A stretch of 64,000 nucleotides of DNA, from contig DEIN01000003.1 of NCBI GenBank assembly GCA_002352465.1, positions 24,933-88,932 of the forward strand, read 5' to 3'. The notes under the pieces are model-generated. The model was not told where the DNA came from and made no database searches. It was given only the letters and a program-made list of their open reading frames with translations. The position numbers were made by a program, and so were the translations under genes. Below, piece after piece: positions 8,976 to 17,713 of this stretch. Source of the DNA: Patescibacteria group bacterium UBA2773. GTDB lineage: Bacteria > Patescibacteriota > Minisyncoccia > Moranbacterales > DUUL01. Position 1 is the stretch's first letter. Every line of letters begins with the position of its first letter.

Positions 8976-10575
8976 TCAAAACCGTTCCGTCACCTGAAAA
9001 GACTTCCTTTTCTAGCGGATAAGGATTAGGAAAACCATCCTTCCAAAGCTTGTCTTTATTATCACCTGAATATTTATCTACTTTTATAACTTTAGATGTG
9101 CCATTAGAAGAACCCTGAATCATTAATAAATTTTTCTCAAAATCAAAATTATTTTTATTCATACCTATTCCACCCATTAATCCCATTAGATATTCATTTT
9201 GTTCTTCCATTTCCCAGAAATTAACCATTTTTTCATCGTCATTTTTTTGAATATAATTGTATAAAGGCAATAGTTGCTTGACTGCTGGAACATATTTATG
9301 AACTAAATCATAAAAATCTAAGCCCTCGTTCTCTTCTTTCAAAGATAAAAAAGAAAGATAATAATCCATTATAGACCAATCTTCAGGAATTAATCCTCCT
9401 TCCCAAATTGGATATGCCTTGCTTGCCCCCAACAATGGGCTACCTTGCAAAACCACTTTATCAATATTATTTTCATAAACATCCCCCGTTAAATAATCCA
9501 AAGTCACCAAACCACCCATTGAATGAGCAATAATATCATATTTTTGATCAAAAGAAATTTCTTCGATTTTTTTCAAAACAGGTTTCAAAAATTTTTCTAC
9601 ATTAGCATGGTTATCCTTGCGCCAATCATAATAGACCACGAAATAGTCTCTATTTTTTTGATAACCTTGCTCCTCCAATGAATTAATCCAACTGTCATAA
9701 CCATGGAAAGTAGGTGAAAAATTCCAAGAATCAAAAGCAATTTCATTCTCCATCATAACCTCCCAATTCCAGCTGCCTCCAATTCCAGGAATTAAAACGA
9801 TTGGTTTGAATTCAGAACCACATTGTTGAGGTAAATTAATATCAAAATTACCTTCAATTTTTTCACCTCTACCTTGAGGATTATTTTCATAAGTCGGACC
9901 AGAAGGACGCATCCAACAATTGCTTTTCAAAATTGCTGGATTTTCAACCTCCGAATAAACAGCCAATTCTTTATTGCGATAAAAAGAATTGTTAGTCAAT
10001 AAAGCATTCTGTGCTTGAAGAATATTTATAGCTCGATAATTTTCTTTAAAAATGGTATTATTAATAGCTAATTCTTCAGAAGAAGCTATATTCAAAGCTC
10101 CTTCCGGCTGACAATTATCATTAGCTAAAACTTTTTTTAAAAAACTTTTTTCATAATTGTTGGCATAACAATTAAAAAAACCGCCTTTTGCAAAAACGGC
10201 ATTGTTGATATAGGTTCGAGTGGCGTTATTAACAGAAATTGAAAAATTTCCAGTTTCCATTATCCCTTCAAAAATCACTGGATGCCCCATCTCTCCTAAA
10301 ACCTCAAAATCCCCTTCAATAATTAGTCTAGCATTATTTTTAAACAATATTCTAACTCCTTTTTCGACTTTCAAACCCTGCTTAAAATAATGATCTTGAT
10401 GATCGATTCTGATTGGAGCGTTATTCAAACTCCAAACGACTGGGTCTTCATGCACCACTAAAATTTCAGAATTAGCTGATAATTTATTTAAAAAATAATG
10501 ATTGCAAAAAGGAACTAAAGAAATAAAAAGTAGAATTATTAAAAAATATCTAGTTTTAATTATTTTATTTTTCAT
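8863..10575 (-). CDS. secreted surface protein N-terminal part: signal peptide, parallel beta-helix repeats, alpha/beta-hydrolase (lipase-like) domain
   Basis: N-terminal signal peptide MKNKIIKTRYFLIILLFISLVPF; NN-rich beta-helix-like repeats; GxSxG nucleophile elbow DIIAHSMGGLV and PIVLIPGIGGSWNW. Confidence 0.7.
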   Translation of the reverse strand: MKNKIIKTRYFLIILLFISLVPFCNHYFLNKLSANSEILVVHEDPVVWSLNNAPIRIDHQDHYFKQGLKVEKGVRILFKNNARLIIEGDFEVLGEMGHPVIFEGIMETGNFSISVNNATRTYINNAVFAKGGFFNCYANNYEKSFLKKVLANDNCQPEGALNIASSEELAINNTIFKENYRAINILQAQNALLTNNSFYRNKELAVYSEVENPAILKSNCWMRPSGPTYENNPQGRGEKIEGNFDINLPQQCGSEFKPIVLIPGIGGSWNWEVMMENEIAFDSWNFSPTFHGYDSWINSLEEQGYQKNRDYFVVYYDWRKDNHANVEKFLKPVLKKIEEISFDQKYDIIAHSMGGLVTLDYLTGDVYENNIDKVVLQGSPLLGASKAYPIWEGGLIPEDWSIMDYYLSFLSLKEENEGLDFYDLVHKYVPAVKQLLPLYNYIQKNDDEKMVNFWEMEEQNEYLMGLMGGIGMNKNNFDFEKNLLMIQGSSNGTSKVIKVDKYSGDNKDKLWKDGFPNPYPLEKEVFSGDGTVLNESSGDVPMFNTITIDDVSHIDLPAKAVEKNSSVFRD

Positions 10576-10590
10576 AATTAAAAAAATTAA

Positions 10591-10998
10591 TTAAAAAATT
10601 GGTTTTAAAAAAATACTATGTAAAATTAAGTAAATATACAAATAAAATCCAATTAATCCAATTAAATAAGTTAAAAAAATATTTTTTATTATCCTTTTAT
10701 TTTTTGGGAAAATATTTTTATAAAATAAGGGTAATAAAATTAAAAATAGAAAAGAAAAAAGAATACTAGAAAAAAACATGTTGGAAATAAAAAAATTGGA
10801 TTTAACCATATTTTCTGCATAAAAAATTATACAACCTAACAAGAAAATCTCCAGAACACTCACCCCGATCATCAACCAATAATTTGGTTTATATTTTTTA
10901 ATCAAAAAATAGGTCGGAACTAAGCAAACTAAATAAATTAGTCCAACTACGAACATTGGCAAAACCCAAGTTTCTAAATAGAAGAATAGACTACTCAT
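10591..10998 (-). CDS. hypothetical small integral membrane protein (4 TM)
   Basis: 135 aa, hydrophobic helices. Confidence 0.5.
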   Translation of the reverse strand: MSSLFFYLETWVLPMFVVGLIYLVCLVPTYFLIKKYKPNYWLMIGVSVLEIFLLGCIIFYAENMVKSNFFISNMFFSSILFSFLFLILLPLFYKNIFPKNKRIIKNIFLTYLIGLIGFYLYIYLILHSIFLKPIF

Positions 10999-11220
10999 AT
11001 ATTTTTATATTAATTTTTAACATCGTACCATAATCTATTTAAAACGTCCAAAAATCCATCTTGAAAAATAATAATCTTAAAAATATTTTTTTACTTTTCT
11101 AAATCATAGCAAAAACAACAAAAAATATCCACATCGACTATTGAATAATTTAAACTAAAGGTAATTAAAAGTCTTACTTTTAGTTTAAATTATTCATTCT
11201 TTAAGTTTTTCTTGGAAAAC

Positions 11221-11970
11221 TCACAGATCCACTCGTCGGCCCAAAATATTTCCCAAGGCGACAATAGTCAAACGCCTAATTTCGTTGGCTTGTTGAGAAG
11301 AAATTTTTAGTTTAAAAGCGGTTTTAATGTTTTTTTGATAATAAATTCTCAAAATCTTCAAAACATCCTTACTGGTTCGCTGTTTTTGAGAAACGACTCG
11401 AAGTGTTTTCAAACAATCTTCACAAACAATTCCCGAAGGTAAAATCATTTGATAAAAATCTTGTTCCTTCAATTTTTCTGAACAATTGGCACAGCAAAAA
11501 ATCTGGGGTTGAAACCCCAACCAATAAATTAGTTTCCAAAGAACGGCAAATTTAACCAATTGCAGTTTTAAGTTATCAGAGTCTTTTTGATCAAATAATT
11601 TCAAATAAAAAACTAACCCATCAAAAAATTCTCGCCCTTCTTCTCCTTCTAGCGATTTCTCTCGCAACAACCAATCAATTATTTTGAAAAATTTTCGAAC
11701 TTCTTTAATTTTTTCTAAATCCTTTTTTATTTCAGTAAATTGATCGTGAATAATCACTCCAGTCACTCGGTCATACGCCCTGCCTTCCGCCAAAAAAATC
11801 TCCGAGTAAGTAATTGGCTCCAATCCGCAAGCTAGTTTAGCGGTAATTTTCCGCACCCCTTTAGCAATAATATCTTTTTTCCCATGCTCAGCCGAAAGAA
11901 TTCCATAAAACCGGTCATATTCTTTGACTTCATTAGATGAAATTATGATGGCATGAGTTTTGTAAATCAT
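11221..11970 (-). CDS. recO: DNA repair protein RecO
   Basis: N-terminal OB-fold region plus zinc motif CCANCSEKL...CEDC; length 249 aa. Confidence 0.8.
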   Translation of the reverse strand: MIYKTHAIIISSNEVKEYDRFYGILSAEHGKKDIIAKGVRKITAKLACGLEPITYSEIFLAEGRAYDRVTGVIIHDQFTEIKKDLEKIKEVRKFFKIIDWLLREKSLEGEEGREFFDGLVFYLKLFDQKDSDNLKLQLVKFAVLWKLIYWLGFQPQIFCCANCSEKLKEQDFYQMILPSGIVCEDCLKTLRVVSQKQRTSKDVLKILRIYYQKNIKTAFKLKISSQQANEIRRLTIVALGNILGRRVDL

Positions 11971-12003
11971 AAACTAAGTATATAGTAATTTAAAAGGATA
12001 AAC

Positions 12004-12030
12004 AAAAAAACCGACTTACGTCGGTTTTTG
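12004..12030. terminator. bidirectional intrinsic terminator between tRNA-Glu and recO
   Basis: A-run, CCGAC-TTAC-GTCGG hairpin, T-run. Confidence 0.55.
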
Positions 12031-12037
12031 TGTTTTG

Positions 12038-12109
12038 TGACCCCACGGAGAATCGAACTCCGGTTGCTAGGATGAAAACCTAGTGTCCTAACCACTAGAC
12101 GATGGGGCC
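12038..12109 (-). tRNA. tRNA-Glu (anticodon UUC)
   Basis: reverse complement GGCCCCATCGTCTAGTGGTTAGGACACTAGGTTTTCATCCTAGCAACCGGAGTTCGATTCTCCGTGGGGTCA folds as a cloverleaf: 7-bp acceptor stem with one G-U, anticodon stem CTAGG/CCTAG, loop TTTTCAT giving anticodon TTC, T-arm GGAGTTCGATTCTCC; no encoded CCA. Confidence 0.85.
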
Positions 12110-12333
12110 ATCTATAAAATATTTTCATTGTTTGTAATGCTCAAACAACAATAGCAATCTTACCACAAACACTAAGTTCAATCAAGAGAAAAGCCTGTAA
12201 AAAATAGATATTATAATTTGAATTAAAATAATAACCTGAAATTTACAATTCAACTTACTCTCAAAAAAATTACTACTACTTAAATTCCCCTAATTATTTT
12301 TTTCAAATTGTTCATAACTTCTCTCAAATCTTC

Positions 12334-12361
12334 TTGACATTACCACTCAAAAAGCTAAAAT
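12334..12361 (+). promoter_or_regulatory. sigma70-like promoter TTGACA-N16-TAAAAT driving the plus-strand gene; near-leaderless
   Basis: TTGACA at 12334-12339, TAAAAT at 12356-12361, GTG start at 12370 about 8 nt after the -10. Confidence 0.4.
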
Positions 12362-12369
12362 ATTTATAA

Positions 12370-13554
12370 GTGATTAGAAGAAATATTCTAAAAAATAAAA
12401 ATTCCGTAAAACAAAATATGAAATTAAAAAAGGAGTATTATTGCGTCATTGATGAAAATAATAAACCTGACTATCGACGATTGTTTGAATGCAAAAACGA
12501 TGCTCAAAAATGGATTAGAAAGATAAAAAATTCCACTCAAGGTGAAACGGCTTTATTCGGTAAAAATAAAAAAGATTATTTTGTGGATGGCTTAAAAAAA
12601 GATTTTGTGAATCCTTACAAGAAACTTCACCTCAAAAAAGGTTGTTGGTCAGCCCTGAAGGTCAAAAAATTGGTTATGATGGACAATTTTCAACCCGAAA
12701 AATTCTTTGAAAAAATTGTTCCAGATCGAAATAATAAGTTAATTTTCGATAAACAGGAAGCCTCTGAAATTGAATTTGCCATCAAAAAACCCGAGATAAA
12801 ATCCCCTCAAATTCTTAAAGATTTTCTTAATATTAAAAATTTTGACTGGGAAAGCACCTTTATTAGAAACAAATCTTTTGCCGTAGCAACTTCATTTTTG
12901 TTTTTGTTTACTATGAGTTTTTCATTTTTTATTCAAAAAGATGTTAACGAAAAAATAGTCTATGAATTATCAAAAGCTCAAAATGAAACCATCCAACAAA
13001 CCACTCAGACCCAAACTAAAGTTTTAGGTAAAATCACTGAACACGAATCAGAAGAGTCAGAAGAAGCACTTGATCTTTTTGTGATGGATACTCTGAAACA
13101 ATTCGAAAAAGTTAAACAGGAAGATTTGGAAGTAGAAATCAATAAAATTGTTGAAGGTAGCCCAATGAAGAAAATGACTCCTTTACTTGCTCAATTGGAC
13201 AACCGAGTAGCCGCTTTTATGGTGGCGATTGCCAAGAAAGAAAGTAACCTCGGTCGAAGAGTTCCTGTATTACACGGTGAAGATTGCTTTAACTATTGGG
13301 GCTACCGAGGAATTCGAGAAAAAATGGGAAGCGGTGGACATACTTGTTTCGACAGTCCTAAAGATGCCGTTGAAACGGTTTCCAAACGAATTAGCGAATT
13401 AGTCAAAGCCGATATTGATACTCCCCAAGAAATGGTAATTTGGAAATGTGGTTCTAGTTGCGCTGGACATTCTGACTACAGCGTTGAAAAATGGATTAGT
13501 GACGTTGAAATGTATTACGAAAAATTTGATAATATTGATAATTCCAATGCCTAG
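12370..13554 (+). CDS. membrane-anchored protein with C-terminal GH73-like (N-acetylglucosaminidase/FlgJ-like) peptidoglycan-hydrolase-like domain
   Basis: only plus-strand gene; cytoplasmic K-rich N-domain, one TM (SFAVATSFLFLFTMSFSFFI), then AIAKKESNLG...NYWGYRG...FDSPKDAVETVSKRI resembling GH73 motifs ESGWG / NNLFGIK / F.AY.S; extra Cys pairs. Confidence 0.55.
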   Translation: MIRRNILKNKNSVKQNMKLKKEYYCVIDENNKPDYRRLFECKNDAQKWIRKIKNSTQGETALFGKNKKDYFVDGLKKDFVNPYKKLHLKKGCWSALKVKKLVMMDNFQPEKFFEKIVPDRNNKLIFDKQEASEIEFAIKKPEIKSPQILKDFLNIKNFDWESTFIRNKSFAVATSFLFLFTMSFSFFIQKDVNEKIVYELSKAQNETIQQTTQTQTKVLGKITEHESEESEEALDLFVMDTLKQFEKVKQEDLEVEINKIVEGSPMKKMTPLLAQLDNRVAAFMVAIAKKESNLGRRVPVLHGEDCFNYWGYRGIREKMGSGGHTCFDSPKDAVETVSKRISELVKADIDTPQEMVIWKCGSSCAGHSDYSVEKWISDVEMYYEKFDNIDNSNA

Positions 13555-13588
13555 CACAAATTTGTCATAGAGAGTGTTTTGACTCTCA

Positions 13589-13618
13589 AAAAAAACGGCC
13601 TGCCAGCCGTTTTTTTGT
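13589..13618. terminator. bidirectional intrinsic terminator (convergent genes)
   Basis: AAAAACGGC-CTGCCA-GCCGTTTTTTT, preceded by a second small hairpin GAGAGTGTTTTGACTCTC. Confidence 0.6.
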
Positions 13619-13654
13619 TTATTGTTAAGTAATTAGTTACTTAACAAACATTTT

Positions 13655-14533
13655 TTAAATATAATACAAGGCACAAACACCCAAGACATTCGTTTCTTCT
13701 TTAAGCTCTGAAATTGACCATTCCGGAAAAATTTTTTTATGAAAAATATCTTTCCTAGCAAATTTCATTACTTTTTCTATGTAGTCTCTTTGACTAGAAA
13801 TACCACCCCCAAAAACAATCTTTTCTGGATTGAATATCTCAATCAAACTGATAATTCCCTGCTCTAAATATTCTTGAGATTTAACAATAATTTCAGTAGC
13901 AATTTTATCACCAGTTCGACTCAACTCAAATATTATTTTGGTCTCTTTGATTTTTCCAGTTTTTTCTAAATACATTTTTTCGATGCCTTTTCCAGATGAA
14001 ATTTCACACCATTTCTTCCATTGATTGTCAATAAACATTTTGATATAACTTAACTCAACAGCTGATTCGCTCCTGCCTTCAAAAAGTTGCCCGTTTGAAT
14101 CAATAAAACCGCCTCCAATTCTAGTCCCCAACGTTAAAGTCAACAATCCCTGTTTGGACTCATTATTATTAAAATAATATTCACCCAAAACAAAAGATTT
14201 TCCGTCATTTTTGATTACCACCTGAAAACCAGCTTTTTTTAAAAAAATGAAACTAAATTCTTCAGTTCCATAAGCTTTTTTGGCATTAGAAACTTTCAAA
14301 TTACGACTATCAACTAAACTAGGACAAGACACTGCTATTTTGTTAGTTTTAAATTTTTCTTTATTTTTTTGACAATAATCAATTGTAATTTGTTTAATTT
14401 CCTCAGCGTTAATTGGATTTTTAATTGTTTTTGAATCTAAAAATTCAAATTTCCTACGACCAAAATCAACCTCCACCACACCTTGAAAGATTTTAGTGCC
14501 TCCTATGTCAAAACAAATAAATTTTTCAGTCAT
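13655..14533 (-). CDS. ROK family sugar kinase (glucokinase/NagK-like)
   Basis: N-terminal FDIGGTKI ATPase motif, actin-like fold, C-terminal FGGGIS. Confidence 0.75.
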   Translation of the reverse strand: MTEKFICFDIGGTKIFQGVVEVDFGRRKFEFLDSKTIKNPINAEEIKQITIDYCQKNKEKFKTNKIAVSCPSLVDSRNLKVSNAKKAYGTEEFSFIFLKKAGFQVVIKNDGKSFVLGEYYFNNNESKQGLLTLTLGTRIGGGFIDSNGQLFEGRSESAVELSYIKMFIDNQWKKWCEISSGKGIEKMYLEKTGKIKETKIIFELSRTGDKIATEIIVKSQEYLEQGIISLIEIFNPEKIVFGGGISSQRDYIEKVMKFARKDIFHKKIFPEWSISELKEETNVLGVCALYYI

Positions 14534-14573
14534 TTGTCAATATTAAGTATTAATTATTAAGTATACCTTATAG

Positions 14574-14686
14574 GCTTTATGAACTTTGTAAACTTTCAAC
14601 TTTATTTACCCTGTTAAATAATTTTAGTAAAACTAAAATTAGACCGAATCTATTTAACAAAGTAAACTTTCTGACTAAAATATATT
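14574..14686. repeat. about 110-bp direct repeat, copy 1 (degraded palindrome), 3' of rseP
   Basis: near-identical to 15987..16093; contains AACTTT triplet and CCCTGTTAAATA...TATTTAACAaaG imperfect inverted repeat. Confidence 0.7.
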
Positions 14687-15880
14687 TTTTATTTTATCAA
14701 TTACTTCAAAATTAGTAAAATCTTTAATCGTAACGAACACCATTAATCCAATCAACAAAAAGAAACCGATCGCATTAGCCATTCCTTCAATTTTTTGATT
14801 TAAAGGCGAACCTTTAATTTTTTCAATTAACAAAAAGAAAATTCGCCCACCATCCAAAGCTGGAAATGGCAACAAATTTATCACGCCCAAATTGACTGAA
14901 AGCAAAGCAACAAATTGCAAGACATAAGCCAATCCTAATTGTGTCATTTTCCCAGTCATAATAGCAATTCCCACTGGACCAGCCACCTCCGCTGAAATTT
15001 TTTCAACCGTGAAAATTTTAACAATCATATCAATCAAAAACATTATAATTGTGGTTATCATCGAAAAAGTGGCCTTGACCGCCAACCAAGTTGCTTCAAA
15101 AAATCCGTATTTAACAAAACTAGTTCGAACTAGTTGGACACCCAATAAACCTTGGCCTTCAGGGGCAACTTCCCGAATAGTCGTTTTTAGAGTCGTTATC
15201 TCCCGCTCCTCTAAAGTCGAACCTTTGACCACTCCAATCAAAACTTCTCGTCCTTTGTTTTCTTTAATTACTTCTTGAAAACCAACAATAGTATTAATTC
15301 TAATCGTTTTTTCGGAAGTCATCACTGAAACAATTTCGTCCCCCATTTCCAATCCCATTTCCTGAGCTGGAGTTCCCATCGACACTTGAGCAATTTGAAC
15401 CTTAGTATTCGCCTTTTTATTTTCATCAGAGATTGATTCTGGCAACCCTATTTGGAAAGCCACTGAAAACAAAATAATCGCCAAAATAAAGTTCATAGCT
15501 ACTCCGGCAAAAAGAATCTTAAACCTGACCCAAATAGATTGATTGGCAAAACTTCTTTTATCTTTTTTCCCATTTTCGTCTTCCCCGTCCTCTCCTTTAA
15601 TTTTAACAAAGCCTCCTAATGGAATCAGATTTAAAGAATAAATAGTTTCATCTTGATTTTTTTCAATTTCTTCTATCGATTTGTTGCCGATTATCCATTG
15701 TCTTTTACCTTGTTTATCTTTATACGTTCCAACCAAGCGAGGAGGAAAACCAAACCCAAACTCATCCGACGGTACCCCATTTCGCTTCGCCACTAAAAAA
15801 TGACCCAATTCATGAACTAGTACCAACAAACCAAGAATTAACATAAAAACTATAAAAGTTGTCATAAAAAAAATATTCAA
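14675..15880 (-). CDS. rseP: RIP metalloprotease RseP (site-2 protease, M50 family) with PDZ domain
   Basis: HELGHFLVA zinc motif, PDZ region, PALDGGR motif. Confidence 0.85.
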   Translation of the reverse strand: MNIFFMTTFIVFMLILGLLVLVHELGHFLVAKRNGVPSDEFGFGFPPRLVGTYKDKQGKRQWIIGNKSIEEIEKNQDETIYSLNLIPLGGFVKIKGEDGEDENGKKDKRSFANQSIWVRFKILFAGVAMNFILAIILFSVAFQIGLPESISDENKKANTKVQIAQVSMGTPAQEMGLEMGDEIVSVMTSEKTIRINTIVGFQEVIKENKGREVLIGVVKGSTLEEREITTLKTTIREVAPEGQGLLGVQLVRTSFVKYGFFEATWLAVKATFSMITTIIMFLIDMIVKIFTVEKISAEVAGPVGIAIMTGKMTQLGLAYVLQFVALLSVNLGVINLLPFPALDGGRIFFLLIEKIKGSPLNQKIEGMANAIGFFLLIGLMVFVTIKDFTNFEVIDKIKNIF

Positions 15881-15986
15881 TAATCAATGCCCAACGTTCA
15901 TTCAATAAATCAATATTCTGATATTAAAGTGGATGGATATTGAAAATTAAGTATCAGTTATTTATTAAAAATCTCAATTTTCAAAA

Positions 15987-16093
15987 TTTATAAACTTTAT
16001 AAACTTTCAACTTTATTTACCCTGTTAAATAATTTTAGTAAAACTAAAATTAGACCGAATCTATTTAACAGGGTGAACTTTCTGACTCATTTA
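15987..16093. repeat. about 110-bp direct repeat, copy 2 (perfect 12-bp inverted repeat CCCTGTTAAATA / TATTTAACAGGG 30 nt apart), between frr and rseP
   Basis: see copy 1; ends exactly at the frr stop codon. Confidence 0.7.
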
Positions 16094-16648
16094 TATTTGC
16101 ATCAAATCCTGCTTCTTTTTTGCCTCAATCTCATCAAGTTTTTTATTATATTCATCAACTATTTTTTGCAAATCATCCTTAGCTTTAAATTTTTCATCCT
16201 CAGAAATTTCTCCTTCTCGTTCATTTTTTTGAATTCCGCTCCAAAAATCTTCCCGATGCCTTCTCATTCTAATTTTCATTTCTTCCGTTTTTTTTCCAAG
16301 CTGTTTTACTAAATCCAACCGTCGCTCCTCAGTCATCAGAGGAATAACAATTCGAATTACGTTTCCATCGTCACTAGGATTTAAGCCTAAATCCGACTTA
16401 CTAATCGCTTTTTGAATTTCTTTAATTTGGACCTTATTCCAAGGCGAAATCTCGATAGTTTTGGCATCCAGAACACTAACATTGGCCATATGGACCAAAG
16501 GAGTTCGAGTTCCAAAATATTCAACCTGAATGCCTTCAACCAGCTCAGTACTAGCTCGTCCAGTTTTCATTTTCTTTAAATCATTTTGATATTGCTTAAC
16601 TACTTCTTCAAAATTAAGCTTTAGATTATCAATATTTTCAATATTCAT
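16091..16648 (-). CDS. frr: ribosome recycling factor
   Basis: 185 aa, collinear with RRF (VEYFGTRTPL..., IRIVIPLMTEERR). Confidence 0.9.
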   Translation of the reverse strand: MNIENIDNLKLNFEEVVKQYQNDLKKMKTGRASTELVEGIQVEYFGTRTPLVHMANVSVLDAKTIEISPWNKVQIKEIQKAISKSDLGLNPSDDGNVIRIVIPLMTEERRLDLVKQLGKKTEEMKIRMRRHREDFWSGIQKNEREGEISEDEKFKAKDDLQKIVDEYNKKLDEIEAKKKQDLMQI

Positions 16649-16663
16649 AATTTTCTTTATTAA

Positions 16664-17707
16664 TTAGAATGGTGTTATTTGAAACCCACTATTTCTATTA
16701 TTAGTACCGAGATAAATTAATTGGGTATTGTGAGGATTGATTTTTATTATTTCGATTGAAGCTCCTATTTCGAATTGAACTGGAATCCAAGTTTCACCTT
16801 CGTTATTAGATTTATAAAAAGTCTTTCCTGAAGTATAATAAATTTCTCGAGGATTATTAGGGTTAATGGCTAAGCCACGAGATACGAGCTCTTTTGATTT
16901 GACTAAGGTATTTAAGATCTCCCAATTGGCACCACGATTGTTGCTCCTTTGCAATCCAGCTTTTGAACTAACATAGAGAGACCCTTCTCGACTAGGATGA
17001 ACTGCCACATTATAAATATAGCCTCCTTTAATTATAGCTTCAAATTCGATTCCTTGATTTTGAGACATCAATAAACCATTTTTGGTCGTCGCTAAATAAA
17101 TAAAATTAGGATTAATTTTGTCCAATTCAATACTACGAATCAAACTTTGAGCCCAATATAGAGTCTTCCAAGTTGCACCACCGTCTTCTGACTTAAACAA
17201 ACCACCCTTAGAATTAGCGATATATATTATTTCAGGATTATTATTATGAACAGCAATCGAAGTTAAATAAGAAGTTTCATCTTTTTCAGTATAAATTTCG
17301 TTCCAAGATTCTCCATTGTTGTCTGATTTAAATAATTTTCCTCGTCCATTTTTTTTAGCTGCCATATAAATAGTTTGAGTATCAGAAATAAGTTCAATAT
17401 CGGTAATGTTTTGAAAATTATTGATATCAGACAACCAAGTTGCACCTTCGTCTATCGATTTGAACAAACCTGCTCCTTTAGTTCCCACAAAAATTTCTTT
17501 ATCATTGGAAGGATTAATTTCTAAAGCTAAAATATTTTTTCCATTTAACACTGACCCCTCTTCCTTGTCACTTTGCTTAAAATTCGTTCCTCCATCAATT
17601 GATTTAAAAAAACCTCCATCTTGACTAACTGTCGTACAACCCGAAAAAAAATAAATTACCCCAACCAAACAACCAATTTTAAAAATATTTTTTGTTTTTA
17701 TTCTCAT
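16664..17707 (-). CDS. BNR/Asp-box repeat beta-propeller protein, secreted/lipoprotein-like
   Basis: signal peptide with Cys (FFSGCTT); six S-x-D-x-G-x-T-W/F Asp-box repeats (SIDGGTNF, SIDEGATW, SDNNGESW, SEDGGATW, SNNRGANW, SNNEGETW). Confidence 0.65.
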   Translation of the reverse strand: MRIKTKNIFKIGCLVGVIYFFSGCTTVSQDGGFFKSIDGGTNFKQSDKEEGSVLNGKNILALEINPSNDKEIFVGTKGAGLFKSIDEGATWLSDINNFQNITDIELISDTQTIYMAAKKNGRGKLFKSDNNGESWNEIYTEKDETSYLTSIAVHNNNPEIIYIANSKGGLFKSEDGGATWKTLYWAQSLIRSIELDKINPNFIYLATTKNGLLMSQNQGIEFEAIIKGGYIYNVAVHPSREGSLYVSSKAGLQRSNNRGANWEILNTLVKSKELVSRGLAINPNNPREIYYTSGKTFYKSNNEGETWIPVQFEIGASIEIIKINPHNTQLIYLGTNNRNSGFQITPF

Positions 17708-17713
17708 AATTAT

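Noticed and set aside
12370-12420. Alternative ATG start (MKLKKEYY...) for the plus-strand gene instead of GTG at 12370
   Set aside because: Not excluded; kept the GTG because the consensus -10 sits 8 nt upstream, consistent with a leaderless transcript, and no SD precedes the ATG
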